Source of the DNA: an uncultured Verrucomicrobiae bacterium
GTDB taxonomy: Bacteria; Chlamydiota; Chlamydiia; Chlamydiales; Rhabdochlamydiaceae
Direction: 5' to 3'
Length of the DNA stretch: 64,000 nt
Assembly: GCA_963806855.1 (NCBI GenBank)
Contig: CAWDYW010000003.1
Coordinates: 160,001 to 224,000 of the forward strand
Shown one piece after another: positions 1 to 7,749 of this stretch. The position numbers and the translations under genes were made by a program. A model generated the notes under the pieces. It searched no databases, had not been told where the DNA came from, and worked only from the letters and a program-made list of their open reading frames with translations. Within the stretch, counting starts at the first letter, position 1. Each line of letters starts with the position of its first letter.

Positions 1-11
1 TTCCTAAAGGG

Positions 12-1205
12 GTGATGCTGACCCACAAAAACATCTTATTCGCCGGATTTACCAATTTACTAGAATTATCAGAGTCTGACCGGTATTTAAGTGTTCTTCC
101 CCTTGCCCACGTTTATCAAAGGATCATCACTTTATGGCTCTTACGATGGAATGTTGGGATCTATTTCTCGAATGACCCCAAAAATATCAATGCAGTTCTA
201 CATGAAATCAAACCGACCGTCACCTCATTTGTTCCCCGTATCGTTGAAAAGATCTACATTAAAATCATCAGCGAGCTTGAGAAAGAGGGCTTTTTGAAGC
301 GCTCGATTGGCCACTTTGCTTTCGATATCGCCCTCGACCCCGATTTTGAACACCGGTTATTTCATCATTTGGCCAACAAGGTCGTCTATCAAAAGGTCAG
401 AGATGCCTTTGGTGGTCATTTAAAGGCTATCATATGCGGCTCGGCTGCGCTGAGTCCGATGCTCGTCCGCTTTTTCCATCATATTGGGATCCCCATTTTA
501 GAAGGATATGGGATGACTGAAATGATGGTCATTTCGGTCAATACGTTAAAGAAATGCAAAATGGGGACCGTGGGCCTTCCTTGCCCAGAGGTGGAGATCA
601 AGATCTCTGCTGAAGGGGAAATTCTTATCCGAGCAGGAGGGGTGATGCAGGGCTATTATAAAAATCCAGAAGCTACAAAAGTTGCTCTGGATCAAAATGG
701 TTGGCTGCATACTGGCGACAAAGGGAAAATCGACGCCGATGGATATCTGACTATCCTGGGCCGTACGGATGAGATCGTCAAGACCTCTACAGGCGAGTGG
801 ATCGCCCTGGTTCCACTTGAAAAAGAGCTCTGCAAAGCCCCGTTTGTCGATTATGCGCTGGTGATCGCTGAACATGAGAAATTTGTCTCGGCACTGATCT
901 TCCCTAATTTCGATGTGGTGCACGCCCTGAAGGTGTCCCAAAATATGGGTCAAATAACCGACGAAGAGTATCTAAAAGGGGCCTATATCAAACGGGAAAT
1001 GGATAGGCTAATCGACTCCATAAATGCCCACCACAATCACTGGGAGCAGATCCATGCCTACCGTTTCGTATTGACTCCGCCTTCGATTGAAGGAGGGGAA
1101 ATCACGCCGACCTTTAAACTCCGCCGGGAAAATCTCGTCCACAAATACAAAGAGCTGATCGAAAGTATGTATCCGGAAGATCCATCAAAAAGGGTAAACG
1201 AATAA
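12..1205 (+). CDS. fadD: Long-chain fatty acid-CoA ligase (AMP-binding), 5' part outside the window
   Basis: Frame is open from the window edge (PKGVMLTH). Motifs GYGMTE, WLHTGDKG and EITPTFKLRR. First gene of a fad operon. Confidence 0.9.
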   Translation: MMLTHKNILFAGFTNLLELSESDRYLSVLPLAHVYQRIITLWLLRWNVGIYFSNDPKNINAVLHEIKPTVTSFVPRIVEKIYIKIISELEKEGFLKRSIGHFAFDIALDPDFEHRLFHHLANKVVYQKVRDAFGGHLKAIICGSAALSPMLVRFFHHIGIPILEGYGMTEMMVISVNTLKKCKMGTVGLPCPEVEIKISAEGEILIRAGGVMQGYYKNPEATKVALDQNGWLHTGDKGKIDADGYLTILGRTDEIVKTSTGEWIALVPLEKELCKAPFVDYALVIAEHEKFVSALIFPNFDVVHALKVSQNMGQITDEEYLKGAYIKREMDRLIDSINAHHNHWEQIHAYRFVLTPPSIEGGEITPTFKLRRENLVHKYKELIESMYPEDPSKRVNE

Positions 1206-2479
1206 TGAGCGAGCGAGTTGCAATTGTCCAAGGAATCCGAACTCCTTTTTGTAAGGCTGGAGGAAAGTTCCAAGATATTCCCGTTGATGAATTAGGGGCG
1301 ATTGTTGTCCGCGAGCTGCTCGAACGCTCGGCGGTCAAAAAAGAGGAAGTCGACGAACTGATCTTCGGCAATGTGATATCGAGCATCGGAAATCCTGCCC
1401 GTGTGATCGCTGTCAAAGGGGGCCTTCCGGTCACTTGCCCCGCCTTCACTATCAGCCGCAACTGCGCCTCGGGGATGGAGGCGGTCGTCACAGCTGCCAA
1501 CCAGATTGCTCTTGGAAAATCGAAGATCATCTTTGCCGGCGGAGCAGAATCGATGAGCCATTATCCGATCGCTTTCCCCGATTCGATTAAGAAATTTTTA
1601 GGTGCGCTCTCCAAAGCTAAAACTTTTCCCCAAAAGCTCAAGGCGCTCATGCTGTTTCGCCCTTCGATGTTTAAGCCTGTGATTCCACAACTCGATGACC
1701 CGCTCTGCAACCTCGTCATGGGGCAAACCGCAGAGATCATCGCGCGAGATTTCAAGGTGACCCGTCAAGAGACCGATGCCTATGCACTGCTGAGCCAAAC
1801 GCGAGCGAATGCGGCGATTAAGCGGGGGCGCTTTGCAGAGGAGATCGTTCCAGTGCCTCTGCCTCCCCGCTATGATCATATGCAACTCAATGATGATGGT
1901 CCGCGTGAAAATCAATCGATGGAAATCCTTGGCGCCCTCAAACCCATCTTCGAGCCAATGACCGGGGAAGTGACAGCTGGAAACTCGAGCCAAGTGACCG
2001 ATGGAGCTGTCTGCCTGCTGCTGATGAGCGAAGAGGAGGCGAAAAAGAGAAATATCCCGGTCCTCGGCTACATACGTGCTTCAGCTAGCGCTGCTCTCGA
2101 CCCCTCCCGAATGGGGCTTGGTCCGGTTTACGCCACATACAAAGTGCTAAAGGAGGCCAATCTGACCCTCGATCAGATCGACCTCATCGAGATCAATGAA
2201 GCATTTGCCGCGCAAATCGTCGCTCTTGAAAAAGCCTTTCAATCCGCTGAATTTTGCAAAAGGGAGCTTGGAATCGATCATCCGCTGGGCAAAATTGATC
2301 GAGAAAAACTCAATGTCAATGGGGGGGCGGTTGCTTTGGGTCACCCAGTTGGAGCCTCTGGAGCTAGAATCATCCACACACTGCTTTTAGAACTGAAGGC
2401 GAGAAAGAAAAAGTTGGGACTCGCTACCCTTTGCGTCGGCGGGGGACAGGGTGAGGCTGTGATTGTGGAGGCGGAATGA
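1205..2479 (+). CDS. fadI: Acetyl-CoA C-acyltransferase (thiolase, FadI-like)
   Basis: Catalytic motifs NCASG, NEAFA, GHPVGASG and LCVGGGQG. TAATG overlap with fadD. Confidence 0.92.
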   Translation: MSERVAIVQGIRTPFCKAGGKFQDIPVDELGAIVVRELLERSAVKKEEVDELIFGNVISSIGNPARVIAVKGGLPVTCPAFTISRNCASGMEAVVTAANQIALGKSKIIFAGGAESMSHYPIAFPDSIKKFLGALSKAKTFPQKLKALMLFRPSMFKPVIPQLDDPLCNLVMGQTAEIIARDFKVTRQETDAYALLSQTRANAAIKRGRFAEEIVPVPLPPRYDHMQLNDDGPRENQSMEILGALKPIFEPMTGEVTAGNSSQVTDGAVCLLLMSEEEAKKRNIPVLGYIRASASAALDPSRMGLGPVYATYKVLKEANLTLDQIDLIEINEAFAAQIVALEKAFQSAEFCKRELGIDHPLGKIDREKLNVNGGAVALGHPVGASGARIIHTLLLELKARKKKLGLATLCVGGGQGEAVIVEAE

Positions 2480-2543
2480 ACGCAAAGACGCAAAAAAATT
2501 TTTTCTTTTTTCTTGCGTCTTTGCGCCTTTGCGTCTTTGCGTT
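2479..2543. repeat. Hairpin built from 8-mer CGCAAAG(A/G) tandem units (copy 1)
   Basis: aacgcaaagacgcaa ... ttgcgtctttgcgcctttgcgtctttgcgtt. Same family at 15391 and 48306. Confidence 0.9.
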
Positions 2544-2569
2544 GAAAAAACGGATAGGGAATTAAGCTT

Positions 2570-4675
2570 ATGACCTCGGCATTTCAATTTTCTATCGATA
2601 ACGAGGGGATCGGCAAAGTCCTTTTTGATATCCCCGGCGAAAAAGTGAATACACTCAATCGTGAGGTGCTCAAGCAGTTTGATCAATTGATCGTCATGCT
2701 AAAGGAGCGGAAGGATATAAAAGCTCTTTTGTTCACCTCGGAAAAGATCATCGCCGGGGCTGATTTAAACGAGTTTATCGCTGCTTTTAAAAACCCTGCG
2801 GTGGCTAAAGAACTTTTAACCCAGGCGCGCGAAAGCTGTTTGCAGTTGCGCTCGCTGCCCTTCCCCACGATATTCCTGATTCATGGATTATGCGTAGGCG
2901 GAGGCCTCGAGATGACGCTTCTATGCGATTACAGGATCGTCGCCGATGATCCTAAAACATCGATCTCATTTCCTGAGACCTCGCTTGGCATTTTTCCCGG
3001 CTGGGGTGGAACTCAAACAGCGCCGCGCCTCATTGGGCTGACCAAGGCAACCGAGATGATTGTTTCGGGTAAGGCCTTAACGGGTATGCAAGCCTATAAA
3101 TGCCATCTAGCCGATGCGATAGCGGCACCAGAATTTTTAGAGGAGAAGGGGAAGGAATTTGCCCGAATGATTCTCACTGAAGAGGGAAGGAAAAAGGTCT
3201 TGGCTCGCCGAAAAAAATGGCCGCTTTTGGAAAGAAACCCGGTTGGCAGAGCGTTTATCTTCTCGCAGTTTCGAAAAGCAATCTTGAAAAAGACCAAAGG
3301 ATTCTACCCCGCTCCTCTGATCGCCTTAGATGTGATCAAGAAGACGTGCACTCTCCCGCTTGAGCAAGGTCTCAAAATCGAAGCAGAAGCTTTTAATCAA
3401 CTTTTACAAGGCGATGTCACTATCCCTTACTATCTCGTCTCGATCTTTTTTGGGCGTGAAAAGCTGAAGAAAAAAGGGGGCTACACCGGAGAGCTTCCGA
3501 AGGTTGCACCTGTCTTGAATGCGGCTGTTTTAGGCGCGGGCACGATGGGCGGAGGAATCGCTTATTTGTTCTCCAATGCCAAAATCCCTGTCAGGATGAA
3601 AGATATCAATTGGGAGTTTATTGGGAAAGGGACCCGCACGATCTGGGAGCTCTTTCACAAAGCGGTCAGCCGTAAGAAATTGAAACAGGGCGAGGGAGAA
3701 ATACGGCTGCACTATAGCTCCTGGACTCTGGATTATAGCGGCTTTGAGAAAAAGGATTTTGTCCTTGAGGCAGTCGTCGAAAAGACCGAGATCAAACACC
3801 AAGTCTACAAGGAAGTAGAGCAAAAGGTTGGAAAAGAGGCGATCATCGCGACAAATACCTCTTCTCTGACAGTCAAGGAGCTGTGTAGCAAAATGGAGCA
3901 TCCCGAGCGGTTTATCGGCATGCATTTCTTCAACCCTGCTCCAGTGATGCCCCTTGTCGAAATTGTCAAAGGTCCTAAAACAACAGATGAAGCGCTCGCC
4001 AAAACGATCGATCTGGCCAAAAAAATGGGCAAAGTCCCTCTTGTCGTCAAGGATTGCAATGGCTTTTTGGTAAACCGGATCCTGATCGCGGGATCGAATG
4101 AGGCCTTTCATTTGATTGATGAGGGAGCATCCGCTCTGGAGGTTGACCGAGCGAGCCTTGCTTTCGGGCTGCCGATGGGCCTGGGTGAACTCATCGATTT
4201 AACTGGTATCGATGTCGCGTACCATATAGGCCATATCTTTCATGAGGCCTATGGAGAGAGAATGGCCATGTCGCCGCTTATTAAAACCTTATACGAGGCA
4301 AAGTGCTTCGGGCAAAAAACCGGAAAGGGATTTTATATCTACAATGGAAAATCGAAGAAGGTCAATCCGATGATCCCAGTTAAAACAGGGGGAGATCTGA
4401 ATTTTGAGAGGGTTATCTTAAGTATGATCAATGAGGCCTCCCGCTGTCTCGAGGAGCAGATTGTGACAGAGCCAGAATATGTGGATCTTGCTCTAGTTCT
4501 AGGAGCGGGATTTCCTCCATTCCGAGGCGGGCTGCTAAGGTATGCCGACAAATTGGGGCTAAAAACCGTCTATGAGAAACTCAAAAGCCTTGAATCGGTC
4601 TCGGCGGCCCGTTTCAAACCGACTCAAATGATTGAGAAAATGGCCAAAGACAGCCAAACCTTCTACAAGGCTTAA
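2570..4675 (+). CDS. fadJ: Fatty acid oxidation complex alpha subunit (enoyl-CoA hydratase / 3-hydroxyacyl-CoA dehydrogenase)
   Basis: Crotonase motifs GGGLE and FPETSLGIFPGWGG, Rossmann GAGTMGGG, GMHFFNP, GFLVNR, GFPPFRGG. Confidence 0.92.
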   Translation: MTSAFQFSIDNEGIGKVLFDIPGEKVNTLNREVLKQFDQLIVMLKERKDIKALLFTSEKIIAGADLNEFIAAFKNPAVAKELLTQARESCLQLRSLPFPTIFLIHGLCVGGGLEMTLLCDYRIVADDPKTSISFPETSLGIFPGWGGTQTAPRLIGLTKATEMIVSGKALTGMQAYKCHLADAIAAPEFLEEKGKEFARMILTEEGRKKVLARRKKWPLLERNPVGRAFIFSQFRKAILKKTKGFYPAPLIALDVIKKTCTLPLEQGLKIEAEAFNQLLQGDVTIPYYLVSIFFGREKLKKKGGYTGELPKVAPVLNAAVLGAGTMGGGIAYLFSNAKIPVRMKDINWEFIGKGTRTIWELFHKAVSRKKLKQGEGEIRLHYSSWTLDYSGFEKKDFVLEAVVEKTEIKHQVYKEVEQKVGKEAIIATNTSSLTVKELCSKMEHPERFIGMHFFNPAPVMPLVEIVKGPKTTDEALAKTIDLAKKMGKVPLVVKDCNGFLVNRILIAGSNEAFHLIDEGASALEVDRASLAFGLPMGLGELIDLTGIDVAYHIGHIFHEAYGERMAMSPLIKTLYEAKCFGQKTGKGFYIYNGKSKKVNPMIPVKTGGDLNFERVILSMINEASRCLEEQIVTEPEYVDLALVLGAGFPPFRGGLLRYADKLGLKTVYEKLKSLESVSAARFKPTQMIEKMAKDSQTFYKA

Positions 4676-4679
4676 GAGC

Positions 4680-5516
4680 GTGGAAACTTTAAATAACAAG
4701 GTCATTTTTATCACTGGTGCCAGTCGCGGAATCGGTCGGGAAATTGCCCTGCGCGCTGCTCGAGATGGAGCTAAAGTGGTCATCACCGGAAAGACAAGTG
4801 AGCCCCACCCAAAATTGCCTGGAACGATTCACACTGTAGCGAAAGAGGTTGAGCTGGCAGGTGGACAGGCTTTGCCGATCCTACTCGACGTGCGCGATGA
4901 GGAGCAGATCCAAGCGGCTGTTGCCAAGGCTGTCGATCATTTTGGGGGCATCGACATTTTGATCAATAATGCCGGTGCGATCAGCTTAAGCGCCACGCTA
5001 GAGACCCCAATGAAGCGGTTTGATTTGCTCATAGAAGTGAACATGCGGGCCACCTATGCCACCTCGCAGGCTTGCATTCCCTATTTGAAAAAAGGGTCGA
5101 ATCCCCATATTCTGACCCTCTCTCCTCCACTCAACATGGATCCCAAATGGTTTGCTCCCCATCTGGCCTATGCCATATCAAAATATGGGATGAGTCTCTG
5201 CACCCTCGGGATGGCCGAAGAATTCAAAAAGGCTGGCATTGCGGTCAATTCTCTCTGGCCAAAAACGGCGATCGCGACAGCGGCCATCGAATTCAATATG
5301 CCACAGATCTACAATGCTTGCCGCAAGCCGCAAATCGTTGCCGATGCAGCCTATCTGATCCTGACAAGCGATAGCAAAATAACCACCGGCCAGTTTTTTA
5401 TCGATGAAGAGGTCCTTCGGGCAAATGGAATCACAGACTTCTCCTCTTATGCGCTCCATCCAGAGCTCCCTTGCTGCCCGGATCTGTTTATAGAAGAGGA
5501 AAGAAAACATGTTTAA
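4680..5516 (+). CDS. SDR family oxidoreductase (HSDL2-like)
   Basis: TGASRGIG, PHPKLPGTI, NNAG, YAISK and NSLWP. Likely GTG start at 4680 (track starts at 4632). Confidence 0.9.
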   Translation: METLNNKVIFITGASRGIGREIALRAARDGAKVVITGKTSEPHPKLPGTIHTVAKEVELAGGQALPILLDVRDEEQIQAAVAKAVDHFGGIDILINNAGAISLSATLETPMKRFDLLIEVNMRATYATSQACIPYLKKGSNPHILTLSPPLNMDPKWFAPHLAYAISKYGMSLCTLGMAEEFKKAGIAVNSLWPKTAIATAAIEFNMPQIYNACRKPQIVADAAYLILTSDSKITTGQFFIDEEVLRANGITDFSSYALHPELPCCPDLFIEEERKHV

Positions 5517-6375
5517 GGGAGAAGAAAGGATCATCGAGATCCCCGGTTTCTCACTTGCCGCTCGCGAGTGGGGACCCCCCGATGGGATCCCGGTTCTTGC
5601 CTTACATGGGTGGATTGACAATGCGGCTAGTTTTGATTTTTTAGCGCCGCTGCTTCCCAATCTTCACATCATCGCCGTCGATGCGCCTGGGTGTGGTCAC
5701 TCATCCCACAAGCCTCCCTCAGCGATCCCGAATATCGTCGAAGAACCCTTTTATATGTTCCAAGTCGCCAATACGCTTGGGTGGGAAAAATTTTCCATAC
5801 TTGGCCATTCAAGAGGCGGCATCATAGGGGAACTGATGGCAGCTGGGTATCCTGAACGGATTCAACTCTTGATCTTGCTTGATATTTCTGGTTTTTTTTT
5901 AGTTGGAACGCCCGAGGAATGTGCCACCTGGTGGCGAAATTCAATGCACGATTTTTTAAAGCGAAAAGTTAAACCTGGTACAGTCTATCCCGATTTGGAA
6001 ATGGCCGTTCGAGATCGGATGAAAACCTTTCCTATTGCCTATGAAAGCGCCCTTGCACTTACCCAAAGAGGGACAAAAAAAGTCGAAGGTGGATATGTTT
6101 GGACCTTTGATCGGCGAGAACTTTTTTTTCGGGCACCGGTAAAATTTTCCTACGATATGGCTGAAGCTATAATGAAGTCTATTCAAGCCCCCAGCTGCTT
6201 TATTATGGCGGAACAAGGGTATATCAAGCTCGATCCAAAGGCCTCCGAGCTTTATCCCTCGTGGGTCCCCAATCACACGGTCCGCTTTGTCCCCGGAGGG
6301 CACCACGCCCATATGGATAACGCCGCAGCGGTTGCCCCTCATATCCTCGAATTCTTCAAAGCAAACAAGTTCTAG
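5509..6375 (+). CDS. Alpha/beta fold hydrolase (SERHL-like)
   Basis: LHGWIDNAASF, GHSRG nucleophile elbow and GGHH. Confidence 0.88.
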   Translation: MFKGEERIIEIPGFSLAAREWGPPDGIPVLALHGWIDNAASFDFLAPLLPNLHIIAVDAPGCGHSSHKPPSAIPNIVEEPFYMFQVANTLGWEKFSILGHSRGGIIGELMAAGYPERIQLLILLDISGFFLVGTPEECATWWRNSMHDFLKRKVKPGTVYPDLEMAVRDRMKTFPIAYESALALTQRGTKKVEGGYVWTFDRRELFFRAPVKFSYDMAEAIMKSIQAPSCFIMAEQGYIKLDPKASELYPSWVPNHTVRFVPGGHHAHMDNAAAVAPHILEFFKANKF

Positions 6376-6382
6376 CTTTTTT
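6334..6382 (+). repeat. Direct repeat, copy 1 (3' end of hydrolase gene); copy 2 at 6870-6918
   Basis: gcccctcatatcctcga(a/c)ttcttcaaagcaaacaagttctagctttttt, 49 bp with 1 mismatch. Confidence 0.93.
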
Positions 6383-6424
6383 CCATCGATCTGGAATATC
6401 CTATTTATTATTTAGGAGGTTCTT

Positions 6425-6769
6425 ATGGAATCATTTATTGATGGATTGGGCAAAGAAGTTACCAATGTTGCAGCAGGGGTTATTGATGGATTAGGGGAAT
6501 TTGAACGCGCAAAAACCCGAATCAATCACATGACATTGGGGTTCAACATCCTGACGATCGCAGCGATTGCAGGGGCCATTTTTACCGCCATGACCTTCTC
6601 GCTGATTGGTTTATTATGTACAGCTGGCTTGCTGGTGGGTCGATTTCATCTCGAGATGGCGATTGAGGAAAAGGTAAATCTACTCAAAAATAGTTTCCCA
6701 CAGATTCTGAAAGGGGGAGATTCGTATCCTCTGCTCTTCAGAAGACCTTTACATCTTAGAGACTCTTAA
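6425..6769 (+). CDS. Hypothetical membrane protein with a long hydrophobic segment (Inc-like)
   Basis: AGGAGG RBS. About 35-aa hydrophobic stretch LGFNILTIAAIAGAIFTAMTFSLIGLLCTAGLLVG. Confidence 0.7.
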   Translation: MESFIDGLGKEVTNVAAGVIDGLGEFERAKTRINHMTLGFNILTIAAIAGAIFTAMTFSLIGLLCTAGLLVGRFHLEMAIEEKVNLLKNSFPQILKGGDSYPLLFRRPLHLRDS

Positions 6770-6869
6770 CGGATTTGGTTTTTTTGCTGAGATATCCATT
6801 GGCCCCACTAGCTCATCTGTCACAGCTTTTTTTAGGTAAGGCTTATATGGATTTATGCACCACCCGCTC

Positions 6870-6918
6870 GCCCCTCATATCCTCGACTTCTTCAAAGCAA
6901 ACAAGTTCTAGCTTTTTT
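6870..6918 (+). repeat. Direct repeat, copy 2 (orphan copy of the hydrolase 3' end)
   Basis: Matches 6334-6382 at 48/49. Confidence 0.93.
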
Positions 6919-6975
6919 TCCGTGCCCGTGTCCGTGGAATAAAATCTTTCGAGGTATTAGACAAACAAACGATTA

Positions 6976-7036
6976 GAATGATATAACGATAATAATGATA
7001 GGGAATTTTTTTATCATTATTATCATTGTATCATTC
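6976..7036. terminator. AT-rich inverted repeat between convergent genes (possible bidirectional terminator)
   Basis: gaatgatataacgataataatgata / tatcattattatcattgtatcattc, 25-bp arms with 2 mismatches. Confidence 0.6.
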
Positions 7037-7091
7037 ATTCATTGTGCCCTGTTGTGACCAATAAGATTAATAGACTTAATGCTTGTCGCTT

Positions 7092-7487
7092 TTAGCGCCC
7101 TTTAGCAATTAAAATTCTAACAGCAGGGATGGATTCGGGTTTTTGAAAGAAATCAGCCACATCTTTAGGTAGAGAAATCCGTTTAGTTGGCTCTTTCTTG
7201 CTACCCTTGGGTCTGCCTGCTCCTTCTCGTTTTCCGCCCCGTCCTCTTGTTTTCTTTTCAACAAGAGGAGAAATGTTTTGATTAAGCCTTTCTTTTATGA
7301 ACTGCTTTAAATATCGTGGGTAGTTTTTGATTACGTCTTCGCGGGAGTCCCCAGCATATTCAACATCCGGATACAGTTCATGTTTGAATATCCAAGCATT
7401 GAATTGTTTGCTAAAGCGAGGCTTGATAGCTCCGATCTCTGCTAGAGCGAGCTTCAGATGTTGATTTATTTCTTTTTGGGTGGCCAT
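7092..7487 (-). CDS. Putative HicB-like antitoxin with a C-terminal basic DNA-binding tail
   Basis: HicB-like N-terminal pattern (YPDVEYAGDSREDVIKNY), then RGGKREGAGRP. Overlaps an upstream HicA-like remnant. Confidence 0.6.
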   Translation of the reverse strand: MATQKEINQHLKLALAEIGAIKPRFSKQFNAWIFKHELYPDVEYAGDSREDVIKNYPRYLKQFIKERLNQNISPLVEKKTRGRGGKREGAGRPKGSKKEPTKRISLPKDVADFFQKPESIPAVRILIAKGR

Positions 7488-7676
7488 GTTAACCCTCGTT
7501 CTTCAAACTTTTGCTTTGTTTTGTTGACACTAAATGGATGCACTTCCCTCTTCTTTCCTTTAGCATGGATAATTTTAATAGTGCACACTGTAATCGATCC
7601 CTCCTTTCAAAAGACGCCAACCAACAATTTTCAGATAAGTCCGATAAGTACCCTCTTCCATTGGCTTAAAGGCCAT
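7466..7676 (-). pseudogene. Frameshifted HicA-like toxin
   Basis: Manual translation gives MAFKPMEEGTYRTYLKIVGWRLLKGGIDYS, then in another frame VCTIKIIHAKGKKREVHPFSVNKTKQKFEERGLTWPPKKK*. It overlaps the antitoxin start. Confidence 0.55.
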
Positions 7677-7749
7677 CAGAAATCCTTTTTAGGAGCATTT
7701 TAGATTATTTTGCCAAAAAAATCAAATGCTTTTTTTTGTCTGCTGCACC

